Positions 9,143 to 19,694 of a DNA stretch of 64,000 nucleotides are shown one piece after another (positions within the stretch are counted from its first letter, which is position 1; each line of letters begins with the position of its first letter). The notes beneath the pieces are model-generated. The model saw only the letters and a list, made by a program, of their open reading frames with translations. It was not told the DNA's origin and ran no database searches. This DNA is from an uncultured delta proteobacterium. GTDB taxonomy: Bacteria > Myxococcota > Myxococcia > SLRQ01. The position numbers and the translations under genes were made by a program. The stretch is from assembly GCA_963727485.1 (NCBI GenBank), contig CAVSGM010000001.1, positions 480,001-544,000 on the forward strand. The letters run 5' to 3'.

Positions 9143-9151
9143 GCGCGGCGG

Positions 9152-9298
9152 TCAGGCGCGGTCTTCGTCGTCGTCCTCGAGGGCGTCCCCCCGGTGCAGG
9201 GCGCGGCCGATGGCGTCGCCGAGGTCCGGGAGGCGCGAGGCCCCGAAGACCAGCACCAGGACGATCACGATGAGGATCCACTCGGTGACGGTGGGCAC
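9152..9298 (-). CDS. tatA: Twin-arginine translocase TatA/TatE-family subunit, 48 aa
   Basis: Manual translation MPTVTEWILIVIVLVLVFGASRLPDLGDAIGRALHRG...; FG hinge plus amphipathic helix; below ORF-track size cutoff. Confidence 0.75.
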   Translation of the reverse strand: MPTVTEWILIVIVLVLVFGASRLPDLGDAIGRALHRGDALEDDDEDRA

Positions 9299-9334
9299 GC
9301 TCGTGCCCTAGCACGTCACCGGCGGAGGCGGAAG

Positions 9335-10078
9335 ATGCAGGTCCTCGCCCACCGGGGCGCCAGCCACCTCGAGACCGAGAACACCCTCGAGGCCTTCGCC
9401 CGGGCGGTGGCCCTCGGCGCCGACGGGGTGGAGCTCGACGTGCAGCGCTGTGCCACCGGCGAGGTGGTGGTGTTTCACGACGCCGACCTCGCCCGCCTCG
9501 CCGGCCGCCCCGAGCGGGTGGTGGACCTGCCGCTGGCCGAGCTGCGCCGCCTCCGCCTCGAAGGCGGCGGCGCCATCCCCACCCTCGCCGAGGTCTACGA
9601 GGCGGTGGGCCCGCGGTGCGTGGTGAACGTGGAGCTCAAGCTCGACCGCGCGTGGCCCACCGGCCTCGAGCAGGCGACCTGCGAGGTGGTGCGCCGGGCC
9701 GGGGCGACCGGGCGCACGGTGTTCTCCTGCTTCCACCCGGTGCCCCTGTGGCGCCTCTGGCGCCTGGCGCCCGGGATCCCCCGGGCGCTCCTCTTCGGCA
9801 CCGAGCAGGCGCTCCCCCTGCGCCACGGCCTCCACGCCCTCGGGTGCCCGGTGCGCCGGGTCCACGCGGAGCACACGGTTCTCGACCGGTCCAGCGTCGC
9901 CGCCTGGCGCCGCCTGGGCGTTGCGGTCTTCGCCTGGACGGTGGACGACCCGGGGCGCATCCGTCACCTCGCCCGCCTGGGCGTCGACGGGGTGATCACC
10001 GACTGCCCGGACGTGGCCCGGGACGCCCTGATGGGCCTCGTCGGGGACCGCGACACCCCGCCGGAGCCGGGCGCCTAG
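9335..10078 (+). CDS. Glycerophosphodiester phosphodiesterase
   Basis: AHRGAS, ENTLEAF, VELDV, VFHD, NVELK, AWTVD, GVDGVITD. Confidence 0.92.
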   Translation: MQVLAHRGASHLETENTLEAFARAVALGADGVELDVQRCATGEVVVFHDADLARLAGRPERVVDLPLAELRRLRLEGGGAIPTLAEVYEAVGPRCVVNVELKLDRAWPTGLEQATCEVVRRAGATGRTVFSCFHPVPLWRLWRLAPGIPRALLFGTEQALPLRHGLHALGCPVRRVHAEHTVLDRSSVAAWRRLGVAVFAWTVDDPGRIRHLARLGVDGVITDCPDVARDALMGLVGDRDTPPEPGA

Positions 10079-11004
10079 TAGACGACGCCGACCTTGCCGG
10101 CGAAGACGAACTGCGCGGCCTGGCCGAGGTAGCCGGGCTCGTAGGTGGCCTCGGCGGAGAGGTCGACCAGGGCGGTGCGGAAGCGCAGCCCCAGGAAGAA
10201 CCGGTCGTAGCTGTTCTGCCCCATGACCACGTCCTTGAAGACGCTGTCGTCGGCGGTGGGATCGGCGACGTTCTCGGTGCCGGGGTTGAAGTCGATCACC
10301 TGGCTGACCGCGCTCACCCACACGTGCTGCCAGCCCGCGTAGGGCGAGAGCACCAGCATCCCGTCGACGCCAAAGGACTTGCCCACGGTGATGTCGAGGG
10401 CGGCGGTGGTCAGGCCGAAGTCGCGGTTGCCCAGGAGCCGGGTGCCCTGGCCCCCGATGGAGAGGTCGGGGAGGAAGTCGAAGCCCTCGTTGAGGGCCCA
10501 GCGGAAGCCGCCGGTGAGGGCGAACATCTCGCTGTAGGAAAGGTACTGGATCTTGGCGTCGGCCTCGAAGGAGAAGGGCAGGCCCTTGCGCACCTGGAGG
10601 ACCGGCATCAGCAGCCCCGAGTCGGGGTTGTGGACCGGCGCGGCCCCCGGCGTGGTGCCCTGGTTCACCCAGACCTTGCACTCGGGGTTGGCGGCGGGGC
10701 AGTCGGCGGTGTTCCCCGAGCTGGGGCCGATGGTGGCGCTGCTGTGGACCTGGGCGTACCGGGCGCCGAGGTCGAAGCCCCCGCCGAGGCGCCCCTCGCT
10801 GGCCGGGGTCTGCATCGGGGTGGGGGTCACGGCCATGCCCAGGTCGACCATGAGCAGCCGGAACCGGTCGTTGGCGGCGGCGTCGGTGTCCGGGTTCCCC
10901 AGGCGCCAGAGCTGGAGGTCCTCGCGATTCGCGTGGGCCGGCACCGGCCAGGCCAGGGCCAGGCCCCCGATGGCGACGAGCGCGATGAGTGCAGGCGACT
11001 TCAT
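10075..11004 (-). CDS. Putative outer-membrane beta-barrel protein
   Basis: Signal peptide ending AHA; alternating beta-strand patterns; C-terminal FVFAGKVGVVY beta-signal. Confidence 0.65.
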   Translation of the reverse strand: MKSPALIALVAIGGLALAWPVPAHANREDLQLWRLGNPDTDAAANDRFRLLMVDLGMAVTPTPMQTPASEGRLGGGFDLGARYAQVHSSATIGPSSGNTADCPAANPECKVWVNQGTTPGAAPVHNPDSGLLMPVLQVRKGLPFSFEADAKIQYLSYSEMFALTGGFRWALNEGFDFLPDLSIGGQGTRLLGNRDFGLTTAALDITVGKSFGVDGMLVLSPYAGWQHVWVSAVSQVIDFNPGTENVADPTADDSVFKDVVMGQNSYDRFFLGLRFRTALVDLSAEATYEPGYLGQAAQFVFAGKVGVVY

Positions 11005-11105
11005 CTTCCCCTCCAGCCGAGCGCGGCCAGGACCGTCCATCCCGGGACGCTAGCAGTCGGGGGCCTCTGGGGTCAAGAAATCCGGCCCTTTAGGCGGCCT
11101 GCAGG

Positions 11106-14100
11106 CTATTTCCCCGCGGGATCGGTGCCATGCTGGGCCACCGCCGCCTTCTCGCGCCACACCATCACCGTCTTCCGGCTCATCAGGTCGTCGTTCTTCC
11201 GGGCGAAGACCACGATGTAGTTGAGCCCGTCGGTGAGCGGCAGCCGGGTGTCGAAGGCGAGGGCGTCGGGGTCGCCGCTGCGGTGCGCCTTGAAGAACAC
11301 CTTCTGGTTGTTGAGGAACACGTACATGTCCCGGACGCCCTCGGGGTCGGTGACCCGGCCCTTGAAGGGCAGGCTGCCGGCGTCGGTCTTCAGGGAGACC
11401 GGGTGGCCGTTGACGGAGATGATCGGGGGCTGGATGGGCCAGAGGTCCGCGAGGTGTCCGGCGGCCTGGCCGTGCCCGCGGAGGGGGTGGGCGGCCGAGA
11501 CCGCGACGAAGCCGCTGCGCTCGCCGCCGAGCTTCACCCGGTAGAACCCGTCGATCCGGGCGGTCACCGGGAGCACCGTGCCCTTGGGAGCCCGGGCGAG
11601 GGTCTCGGCGCCGGCCTTGGCCCAGGCGAGGACCGGGGTGGCGGCGGAGAGGCGCACCGCCCCGTGCTCGGCGGTGGCCTTGGCCGGGTGCCGGGTGACG
11701 GGGATCCGGATGTCGTCGGAGGTGACCTCGCCAATCTTCGCGTCGAAGACGGTGAGGCGCATCTTCACCGCGTCCTTCCCGTAGCCGTGCTTGAGGTCGA
11801 AGATCATCGGCGCGTCGGCGGTGGCGCCCACCTTCATGGCCCCGATGTGGTGGCGGCCCTTGCTGATGTAGACCTTCTCGTTCTCGAGGTTCTTGAGGCT
11901 GGCGATGGTCTCCAGGGCCGGGCCGGCGCCCGCGTTCTTCACGTGGGCCACCAGGTGCACCGTCTCCCCGGGGGAGAGCATCCCGTCGCCGTTGCCGCCG
12001 GCGCTGTCGTCGACCTCCCAGGAGAGGAGGTAGCGCGGGTCGGGCAGACCGGTGGTGGCCAGGGTGGCGGTCACCGGCTCGGCGGCGGCGTGGCCCGCGG
12101 CGTCCACGTGGATCGCCACCTGCTCGGTGCGCGCCGGGAGGTCCTCGGGGAGCTCCACCGGCACCGTCCACTGGCCCGTCTGCCCGGGCTTCAGGTGGCC
12201 GATGACGAACTCCAGGCGATCGAAGAGGAAGGCGCCGGGGACGAAGAGGCTGTCGGTGGACTCGGTCCAGGCGTGCACCCGGTCGAGGGGGGTCTGGCCC
12301 TCGTTCTTCACGGTGAGCACCAGGTCCACGGTGCTCCCGGCCTGGGCCTTGCCCTTGGCGGTGAGCTTCACCGAGAGCTTCGGCGGCGCGGCGTGCTGGG
12401 GCGCCCCGGCGTCGGTCCAGTTCACCCCCAGGCCGGCGATGGCCTTCTCAATCTTGGCCTGCTCGGCCTTCTGCTCGGCGTCGACCACCGGCAGGGCCTT
12501 CTTCACGAACGCCTCCCGGGTGTTCATCCCCGCCTTGAGCAGGAGGTCCCGGGCGAAGCGCACCTGGAAGTCCTCCTTCCACTCGGTGGGGGCGAAGCCC
12601 TCGTCGGTGTCGGCGACGGTCTTGGGATCGGCGAGGTAGGTGAGCTCGGCCTCGGGGTGGCTCTCGGTCTTCCGGGGGTGGCTGGTCACGAAGGGCGTGA
12701 GCTTGGCCCCGGGGGCGGCGCCCTGGACGCCGGAGAGCATCTCCTCTTCGAGCTCCCGCTCGCGCATCGAGCGCTCGGGGGCGAAGACCGAGATGTCCTT
12801 CTTGGTGATCAGCGCCGGCCGCAGCCGGATGTCCGGGGTGACCCCGTGCTGCTGGATGGAGACGTTCCCGGCGGCGAGGTACTCGGCGATGGTCAGCTTC
12901 AGGGCCGACTCGTCGAAGAGGTCGTAGAGGACCTGCACCGAGCCCTTCCCGAAGCTCTGCTGGCCGACGATGATCGCCCGGCCCCGGTACTTGAGGGCGC
13001 CGGAGACGATCTCCGAGGCCGACGCCGAGTTGTGGTTCACCAGGACCACCAGGGGCAGCTTCGAGAGGGTGCCGGGGGCGGTGGCGTCACGCTTCTCGCG
13101 CAGCTGCGCCGACTGGCCCACGGTGGCGACGATGGTCCCGTGGCTCACGAAGGTGTCCACCACGTGGATCGCCTGATCGAGGAGGCCACCGGGGTTGTTG
13201 CGCAGATCGAGGACCAGGCCGTTGAGCTGGCCCCCCGCCTTCTTGGTGAGGTGCTTGATGGCCTTGCGCATCTCCCGGGTGGTGTTGCCCTGGAAGTTGG
13301 TGATGCGGATGTAGCCGACGTTCCCGGAGAGGAGCTTCGCCGGGTCGATGGAGTCGATGCTGATCTGGGCCCGGGTGAGGGTGAACTTGTGGGCCTGCTT
13401 GAAGGCCTTGCGGTCGACCCAGAACGACACCTGGGTGCCGGGCTTGCCCCGGAGGTGGTTCACCGCCTCGGTGAGGTCCATGTTGATGGTCGACTCGTTC
13501 TCGATGCGGGTGATGACGTCCTTGGCCTCGATCCCGCCCCGGCTCGCCGGGGTGTTCTTGAGGACCTGCATCACCGTGAGCTTGCCGTCGACGGTGCTCA
13601 CCACGAACCCGAGGCCGCCGAACTCGCCCCGGGTGTGCATCTTCATGTCGGCGTACTGCTCGGGATCGAGGAGGTTCGAGTGGGGATCGAGGGTGGCGAG
13701 CATCCCGTTGATGGCCGCGTACTCGATCTTGCTGGTGTCGGTGGTGGACACCAGGTGCTGCTGGATGAACTCGAAGATGTCCTTGAGCCGGAAGCTCATG
13801 TCCCAAAGCGAGCTGACCTTGCTGATGTCGAAGGTCTTGGTCGCCGTGCCCACGGTCACCGTCACCTTGCCGGTGTCCATGGCGTGGCGCTCGTCGACCA
13901 GCACCTCGGCGACGCGCTTCTCCACCGAGTCGAGGGCGGCGAGCAGCATCTCCTTGGGGTGGAAGCGGTCGGGCTCGACGTAGTGGTCACGGACCAGCAG
14001 GACCACCCGGTTGAAGAGCCGGAGCGCCGAGAGGTCGTGGTCGGCGTCGTGGGTCTCGATGCCGGCCCAGGCCTTGGGGCCCAGGCCCTGCTGCCCGAAG

Positions 14101-14183
14101 AAGGGCGCGAGCCCGAGAGCGAAGGCGGCGGCGACGGCGGTGACGCCGACGGTGACCAGGATACGGCCAGGCTTCCGGTTCAT
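11106..14183 (-). CDS. Large S41 carboxyl-terminal protease with PDZ and C-terminal Ig-like domains (MXAN_5808-like)
   Basis: LDPHS, GEFGGLG, DLRNNPGGLL, SASASEIVSGAL, SFGKGSVQ, LKLTIAEY. Confidence 0.9.
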   Translation of the reverse strand: MNRKPGRILVTVGVTAVAAAFALGLAPFFGQQGLGPKAWAGIETHDADHDLSALRLFNRVVLLVRDHYVEPDRFHPKEMLLAALDSVEKRVAEVLVDERHAMDTGKVTVTVGTATKTFDISKVSSLWDMSFRLKDIFEFIQQHLVSTTDTSKIEYAAINGMLATLDPHSNLLDPEQYADMKMHTRGEFGGLGFVVSTVDGKLTVMQVLKNTPASRGGIEAKDVITRIENESTINMDLTEAVNHLRGKPGTQVSFWVDRKAFKQAHKFTLTRAQISIDSIDPAKLLSGNVGYIRITNFQGNTTREMRKAIKHLTKKAGGQLNGLVLDLRNNPGGLLDQAIHVVDTFVSHGTIVATVGQSAQLREKRDATAPGTLSKLPLVVLVNHNSASASEIVSGALKYRGRAIIVGQQSFGKGSVQVLYDLFDESALKLTIAEYLAAGNVSIQQHGVTPDIRLRPALITKKDISVFAPERSMRERELEEEMLSGVQGAAPGAKLTPFVTSHPRKTESHPEAELTYLADPKTVADTDEGFAPTEWKEDFQVRFARDLLLKAGMNTREAFVKKALPVVDAEQKAEQAKIEKAIAGLGVNWTDAGAPQHAAPPKLSVKLTAKGKAQAGSTVDLVLTVKNEGQTPLDRVHAWTESTDSLFVPGAFLFDRLEFVIGHLKPGQTGQWTVPVELPEDLPARTEQVAIHVDAAGHAAAEPVTATLATTGLPDPRYLLSWEVDDSAGGNGDGMLSPGETVHLVAHVKNAGAGPALETIASLKNLENEKVYISKGRHHIGAMKVGATADAPMIFDLKHGYGKDAVKMRLTVFDAKIGEVTSDDIRIPVTRHPAKATAEHGAVRLSAATPVLAWAKAGAETLARAPKGTVLPVTARIDGFYRVKLGGERSGFVAVSAAHPLRGHGQAAGHLADLWPIQPPIISVNGHPVSLKTDAGSLPFKGRVTDPEGVRDMYVFLNNQKVFFKAHRSGDPDALAFDTRLPLTDGLNYIVVFARKNDDLMSRKTVMVWREKAAVAQHGTDPAGK

Positions 14184-14325
14184 GGAATTCCCGTGAAAGG
14201 TGGGTCGAAGACGGTAGGACACGCCATGGTAGGCGAGGCCCCGGCACCGATGCCAGAGGTCAACGCCGCCCGGGTGCTGCTATTCCCTTTAGTCCCTGCG
14301 GCGCACAGATGCCCGTGGGAACCGC

Positions 14326-15376
14326 TCAGCGATGACGGTGGGCATGCCCCAGGCGCTCGAGCGCCCGGCGCACCTCGGGGTTGTGGGGTGAGAGCCTCGC
14401 CGCCTGGCGCCAGCGCTTGCGCGCCTCGGCGTGGTGGCCGCCGGCCTCGGCGACCTTGGCCAGCGTGATCACCGCCCCCAGGTCCTTCGGGGCCCGCGCC
14501 AGGGCCTCGCCCAGGATCTTCCGGGCTCCGTCGAGGTCGCCCTCCGCCGCCAGGGAGGCGCCGAGGGCGGTGAGGATCCGCGGCGATCCCGGGTGGAGCT
14601 TCCGGGCCCGCGTCAGCGCCGCCACCGCCTCCTTCTGCTTGCCATTCCCCGCCAGCACCAGCCCCAGGTGCCAGGCGGCGCGCCAGTGGTCGGGCTTGCG
14701 CTTGAGGGCCGCGCGGTAGCTCGCCACCGCCTTCGCCGGCTGCCCCGAGGTCGCCAGGGCGTCGCCGAGGACGAAGCGCGCCTCGGGGTCCTCCGGCGCC
14801 AGGGCGACGGCGGCCTCGAGGACCGGCACCGCGTCCTTGGACCGGTGGGCGGCGTCGAGGGCGTAGCCCAGGTCGGTGAGGATCCCCGCGTCCTTGGACT
14901 TCGAGCGCTTCCGCGCGGTCTCGAGAATCCTTCACCGCGGCGTCGGTGTGCCCCTGGAGGAGCCGGGTCATCCCCAGCTCGTGCCAGGCCTCCGGGCGCG
15001 CCGGGTCCGCCTTGGTCGCCCGGTCGTAGGCGTCGATGGCGCCGGGGTGGTTCCCGTCGAGATCCCGGGCCATCCCCAGGAGGAGCAGGGCCCGGTAGTC
15101 CTTGGGGTCCTGCTTCGCCGCCAGCTCCAGCTCGGCCAGCGCCTGCTTCTGCTTGCCCATCCGCGAGTAGGCGATCCCCAGGAGCCGGTGGGCGCCGGCG
15201 ACGTCGGGCCTGGCCTTCACCGCCTGGGTCAGGGCGTCGACCGCCTGGGCGTTCTTCCCGGAGGCGAGGAAGCTCTTGCCCACCTGCACCAGGTTCTCCG
15301 GGGACATGGCGGCGGCCGGGGCGGCGAGCGCCACCGCGCAGGCGGCGACGAGGACCGGGACGAGTCGGGGTTCCAT
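14326..15376 (-). CDS. Secreted TPR-repeat protein (frameshift at ~14927)
   Basis: Signal peptide; TPRs across both ORFs; removing one base from GATTC gives continuous ...AAVKDLETARK... Confidence 0.82.
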
Positions 15377-15492
15377 GCCTCCAGGGGTACCGGAATGCGC
15401 GCCTCCCGCCCAGCCCCCCGACCGCCGGGCACGGGGTCCACCCCCCTGGTCTGGGGGAGGGTCGTCCCTAACGTGGTCTTGGAGGCAGCCAA

Positions 15493-16632
15493 ATGTTCGG
15501 AAAGCGCTACACCCTCTTCCACGTCTTCGGCTTCGAGATCCGGGCCGACCTCTCCTGGCTGGTCATCGCCGTCCTGGTCACCTGGAGCCTCGCGGCCGGG
15601 GCGTTCCCCTACTACTTCGCGCACCTGGGCCCGGTGGCCTGGTGGACCATGGGCGTGGTCGGCGCGCTGGGCCTCTTCGCCTCCATCATCCTCCACGAGC
15701 TCGCCCACTCCCTGATGGCCCGGCGCCACGGCCTCGAGGTGGGCGGGATCACCCTGTGGATCTTCGGCGGGGTGAGCGAGACCAGCGAGGAGCCCGGCGA
15801 CCCGCGCACCGAGCTGAAGATCGCCATCGTCGGCCCCCTCACCAGCCTGGTCCTCGGCGGCGTCTTCTGGGGCCTGGAGCTCGCCGGGGGCGCCCTCGGG
15901 GTCACCGACGCGGTCACCGGGGTCCTCGGCTACCTCGCGCTCATCAACGTCATCCTCGCGGTGTTCAACATGATCCCCGCCTTCCCCCTCGACGGCGGGC
16001 GGGTGTTCCGCGCCTTCCTCTGGGGCCGCCGGGACGACCTGATGAGCGCCACCCGCACCGCCAGCCGGGTGGGCAGCGGCTTCGGCATCGCCCTGATGGT
16101 CCTGGGCGCCGTCTCCTTCTTCACCGGGAACCTCATCGGCGGCGTGTGGTGGGTGCTCATCGGCCTCTTCGTCCGGGGCGCCGCCCGCTCCAGCTATCAG
16201 CAGCTGCTCACCACCCGCACCCTCGCCGGCGCGCCGGTGAGCCGGATCATGGAGCGGCCCCCGGCGCCGGTGGCCGACGACACCTCGCTGGCCCGCTTCG
16301 TGGACGAGCACGTCTACGCCTCGGGCTCCCAGCTGATCCCGGTGTCCCGGGACGCGCGCCTGGTGGGCTACGTGGACGTGGAGCGGGTGCGCACCATCCC
16401 CCAGGGCGAGTGGGCGGCCCACACCGTGGCGGAGCTCACCGAGCAGCTCTCCCCGGAGAGCACCATCGACTCCGGGACCGACGCCGCCGAGGCCCTCAAG
16501 CGCCTCCAGGCCGGCGGCCGGCACAGCCTGCTGGTCACCGAGGACGGCGAGATCGAGGGCGTGGTCAGCCTCGACGACCTGCGCCGCTACCTCACCCGGA
16601 AGGCCGAGTTCGAGCAGGGGGGGACCCGCTGA
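15493..16632 (+). CDS. Site-2 protease (M50) with CBS domains
   Basis: LHELAH, IAIVGP, FNMIPAFPLDGGRV; C-terminal CBS pair. Confidence 0.93.
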   Translation: MFGKRYTLFHVFGFEIRADLSWLVIAVLVTWSLAAGAFPYYFAHLGPVAWWTMGVVGALGLFASIILHELAHSLMARRHGLEVGGITLWIFGGVSETSEEPGDPRTELKIAIVGPLTSLVLGGVFWGLELAGGALGVTDAVTGVLGYLALINVILAVFNMIPAFPLDGGRVFRAFLWGRRDDLMSATRTASRVGSGFGIALMVLGAVSFFTGNLIGGVWWVLIGLFVRGAARSSYQQLLTTRTLAGAPVSRIMERPPAPVADDTSLARFVDEHVYASGSQLIPVSRDARLVGYVDVERVRTIPQGEWAAHTVAELTEQLSPESTIDSGTDAAEALKRLQAGGRHSLLVTEDGEIEGVVSLDDLRRYLTRKAEFEQGGTR

Positions 16633-16694
16633 AGCCGCGCGACTGACCTCCGCGCCATGAGCCCGCGGGCGGGCCGCGTGGTAGGCTCCGCGCG

Positions 16695-18968
16695 ATGCGG
16701 GCCCGTCGCGCGCTTCTCCTCCACCTCGCCGCCGCCGGGGTCTCCCTGGCCCTGGCCCTCGCCTTCGGCTGGCAGGGCGTGGCCCACCCGGTCACCCGCA
16801 TCTGGGGCGACCTCGGCGACGCCTGGCAGAACTGGTGGAACGGGTGGTGGATGGGCTTCGCCCTCTCCCACGGCCACTCGCCGTTCTTCACCCACCTCCT
16901 CTGGCACCCCGACGGCGTCCCCCTCTGGCTCCAGACCTTCGGGCCCCTCAACGCGCTGCTCACGGCGGTGGGCCAGTGGCTGCTGCCGGGCTTCGCCGGC
17001 TACAACCTCCTCGTCCTCTTCCACCTCGCCTTCGGGTGCTACGGGGGCTTCGTCCTCGCCTTCGGGATCCTCGAGCGCGCCCGGGCCACCGGCCGGCTCC
17101 CCGAGCGGCTCCCGGGGGCCGCGCGCTTCGGGGCGGCGATGGCCGGCGGGGCGACCTTCGGGCTCTCGCCCTACGTCTGGGCCCACATCTCGACGCACCT
17201 CCACCTCACGTCCATCGGCTTCGTGGCCCTCTTCGTCCACGCGGTCCTCGAGAGCCGCGCCCGGCCCGGGTGGAGGTGGCCGCTCGCCGCGGGCCTCTTC
17301 GCCCTGGGGACGGCGCTGTGCGGCTGGTACCTCATCGTCGACGAGGCAATCGTCGCGGGGGTGGTGGTGGCGGCGGCGCTCGTCGCCTGGCGCCGGGACG
17401 GGGGGCGGCCGGTGGGACGCCTGGCCCTGGCCGGCGCCTTCTCGGCGGTCCTCTGCCTGCCCCTGGTGGTCCCGACCCTCCTCGCCCTCCACCAGCCGCT
17501 GACCGGCGGCCACCCGGCGTCGGTGTTCTCGGCGGACCTCTGGAGCTTCTTCGTCCCCACCCCGATGATGGCCCTGGGCGCCCACTTCCGGGGGATCACC
17601 TCGCACTTCACCGGGAACGCCGGGGAGAACGGCGGGTACCTGGGCTACGCGGCGCTCCTGCTCTCGGGGATCGGCCTGGTGGCGCTCCGGGGCCGGCGGC
17701 TGGTCGCCCTCGCCATCGCCGGCCTCGCGGGGCTCATCCTCTCGCTGGGGCCCTGGCTCCACGTGGGCGGCGGGGTCCACCGCTCGGTGCCCCTCCCTTA
17801 CGCCTGGCTGGCGAAGGTGCTGCCGGTGTTGAACGGCCTGGGGTGCCCGGTGCGCTTCGAGCTGCCCATGAACCTCTTCCTCGCCGCCGGGGTCGCCGCG
17901 GGGATCGCCTGGATCGCCGGACGCCTGATGCGCCGGGCGGCGCCGGCGTGGGTCCTGGCGCTCGCGGTGGTGCTCCCGGGCGCCGCGGTCGCCGGCGAGT
18001 ACGCGCCCTTCGGCCAGTCCACCGCCCGCCTGCCGGCGCCGGCGTGGCTCGAGGCCCTGGCGAAGGATCCGCGCCCCTGGGCCATGGCCGACCTCACCGG
18101 GTGGAGCGAGCCCCTGTGGCACCAGACCCTCCACCACCACCCGATCCTCCACGGCTACATCTCCCGGCGGCCCAAGCGGCTGGTGGACAAGCTGATGGGC
18201 GACCCGGTCCTCGGCGGCCTCTACGACCAGGCCCTCTGGGGCGGCCGCGATCTCCCGGTGCGGGTGGCCCTGCGCCGGGTCGACCCGCGCCTGGACTTCC
18301 GCTGGGGCGCCGGCTCCCCGGGCCCGGGGGTCGCCCCCGACTTCGCGGTGATGTGGAACGGCACCCTCACCGTCCCCGCCGCCGGGCCCTGGCGCTTCGT
18401 CCTCGGGAGCGACGACGGCGCCGTCCTCTGGCTCGACGGCCACCGGGTGGTCGCCACCCCGGGCCGCCACCCCTACCTCGAGCGTGAGGCGACCGTCGGG
18501 CTCGGGGCCGGTCCCCACCGGATCCGGGTCTACTACCGGGACCTCGGGGGCCTCGCGGCGCTCACCCTGCGCTGGGCCGGTCCCCACACCCCGCTGGCGG
18601 TGGTGCCGGCCTCGGCGCTGGCCACCCCCGGCGGCGCCCCCGGCCTCGAGGCGGTCTACCGGGACCGCGCCCCCCACACCAAGCTGGCCCCGGCGGCGGC
18701 CCGGGCCTGGCTCCGGGACCACTGGGGCGTGCGCTACCTGCTCACGCGGACGGCCCAGACGCCCTGGCTGGTGTCCCACGACCTGGGCCTCGTCCCCGTC
18801 CACCGGGGCGGCGGGCTCACCCTCTGGGAGGTGCGCCTTCGAGGCGCTGGGCCACGTCGGACATCGTCTCCATCTGCAGGTGCTGGATCTCCAGGAGCTG
18901 CTGCCACTGGTGCATCAGCAGGTAGTCCAGCTTCTCCGAGAGGTGGCGGATCTCCAGCTCGGCCTTGA
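16695..18968 (+). CDS. Polytopic membrane protein (GT-C/YfhO-like) fused to a PA14 domain; 3' end uncertain
   Basis: GDAWQNWWN loop, many TM helices; PA14 motifs LDFRWG...DFAVMWNG...LGSDDGAVLWLDG. Confidence 0.7.
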   Translation: MRARRALLLHLAAAGVSLALALAFGWQGVAHPVTRIWGDLGDAWQNWWNGWWMGFALSHGHSPFFTHLLWHPDGVPLWLQTFGPLNALLTAVGQWLLPGFAGYNLLVLFHLAFGCYGGFVLAFGILERARATGRLPERLPGAARFGAAMAGGATFGLSPYVWAHISTHLHLTSIGFVALFVHAVLESRARPGWRWPLAAGLFALGTALCGWYLIVDEAIVAGVVVAAALVAWRRDGGRPVGRLALAGAFSAVLCLPLVVPTLLALHQPLTGGHPASVFSADLWSFFVPTPMMALGAHFRGITSHFTGNAGENGGYLGYAALLLSGIGLVALRGRRLVALAIAGLAGLILSLGPWLHVGGGVHRSVPLPYAWLAKVLPVLNGLGCPVRFELPMNLFLAAGVAAGIAWIAGRLMRRAAPAWVLALAVVLPGAAVAGEYAPFGQSTARLPAPAWLEALAKDPRPWAMADLTGWSEPLWHQTLHHHPILHGYISRRPKRLVDKLMGDPVLGGLYDQALWGGRDLPVRVALRRVDPRLDFRWGAGSPGPGVAPDFAVMWNGTLTVPAAGPWRFVLGSDDGAVLWLDGHRVVATPGRHPYLEREATVGLGAGPHRIRVYYRDLGGLAALTLRWAGPHTPLAVVPASALATPGGAPGLEAVYRDRAPHTKLAPAAARAWLRDHWGVRYLLTRTAQTPWLVSHDLGLVPVHRGGGLTLWEVRLRGAGPRRTSSPSAGAGSPGAAATGASAGSPASPRGGGSPARP

Positions 18969-19554
18969 GGTTGGTCTTGAAGTCCGACTCGGAGCGCAGG
19001 CGATCCTTCGCCTCCTGGCGGTTCTGGCTCATCATGATCACCGGCGCCTGGATCGCCGCGAGGCAGGAGAGCACCAGGTTCAGCAGGATGTAGGGGTAGG
19101 GGTCGAAGGGCCGGTGCATCAGGCCCACCGAGTTGATGGCGATCCACACCGTGAGGACGAGGCCGAAGCCGATGATGAAGGTCCAGCTTCCGCCGATCTC
19201 CGCCACCCGGTCGGCGATGCGCTGGCCCCAGCCGAGGTGCGCGTCGAACTCCTCGTTGAGGTTGGCGGCGATGGTCTCGTGCTCTTCGAGACTCTTGACC
19301 ACCTCGTCCTCGATGGCGTCGAGGTCGCCGCGCTCGCGCTCGAGGACGTCCTCGACGTAGGCGGCGCGGAAGCGGTGGAGGTCCTCGAGGCAGACGCCGG
19401 CGTCGTCGGGGAGCTCGGGGACCTCCTGGCGCATGAGGTGGACGACGCTCTGGCGGACCATGGCCACGGGCATCAGCTCGGGGAGCGGCAGGCGCTTGCC
19501 GCAGATGGCGCAGCGCGCGACGCGCAGGGCGCGGGCGGGGACGTGGGTGCTCAT
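18817..19554 (-). CDS. DUF1003 membrane protein with N-terminal CxxC
   Basis: GGSWTFI, FDPYPYILLNLVLSCLAAIQAPVIMMSQNRQ, NLKAELEI; CAICG near N-terminus. Confidence 0.9.
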   Translation of the reverse strand: MSTHVPARALRVARCAICGKRLPLPELMPVAMVRQSVVHLMRQEVPELPDDAGVCLEDLHRFRAAYVEDVLERERGDLDAIEDEVVKSLEEHETIAANLNEEFDAHLGWGQRIADRVAEIGGSWTFIIGFGLVLTVWIAINSVGLMHRPFDPYPYILLNLVLSCLAAIQAPVIMMSQNRQEAKDRLRSESDFKTNLKAELEIRHLSEKLDYLLMHQWQQLLEIQHLQMETMSDVAQRLEGAPPRG

Positions 19555-19694
19555 CGCAGGCCTCCTCGGGGCCCACGGTAGGCCCGGGACCAGCATACCC
19601 CGCGCCTTGGCTTTGCCGGGACCGTGAGCCCGCACCCTGCCCGACAAGGGCTCTCTGACGGCGCCCGTTCCCCGGCGTTCCCATGGTGGCCGCT

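Noticed and set aside
11130..14468. Very long antisense and alternative-frame ORFs (also 27467..30931, 53587..56427, 60375..63629 tail)
   Set aside because: Shadow ORFs expected from high GC3 codon bias; the opposite strand encodes recognisable proteins.
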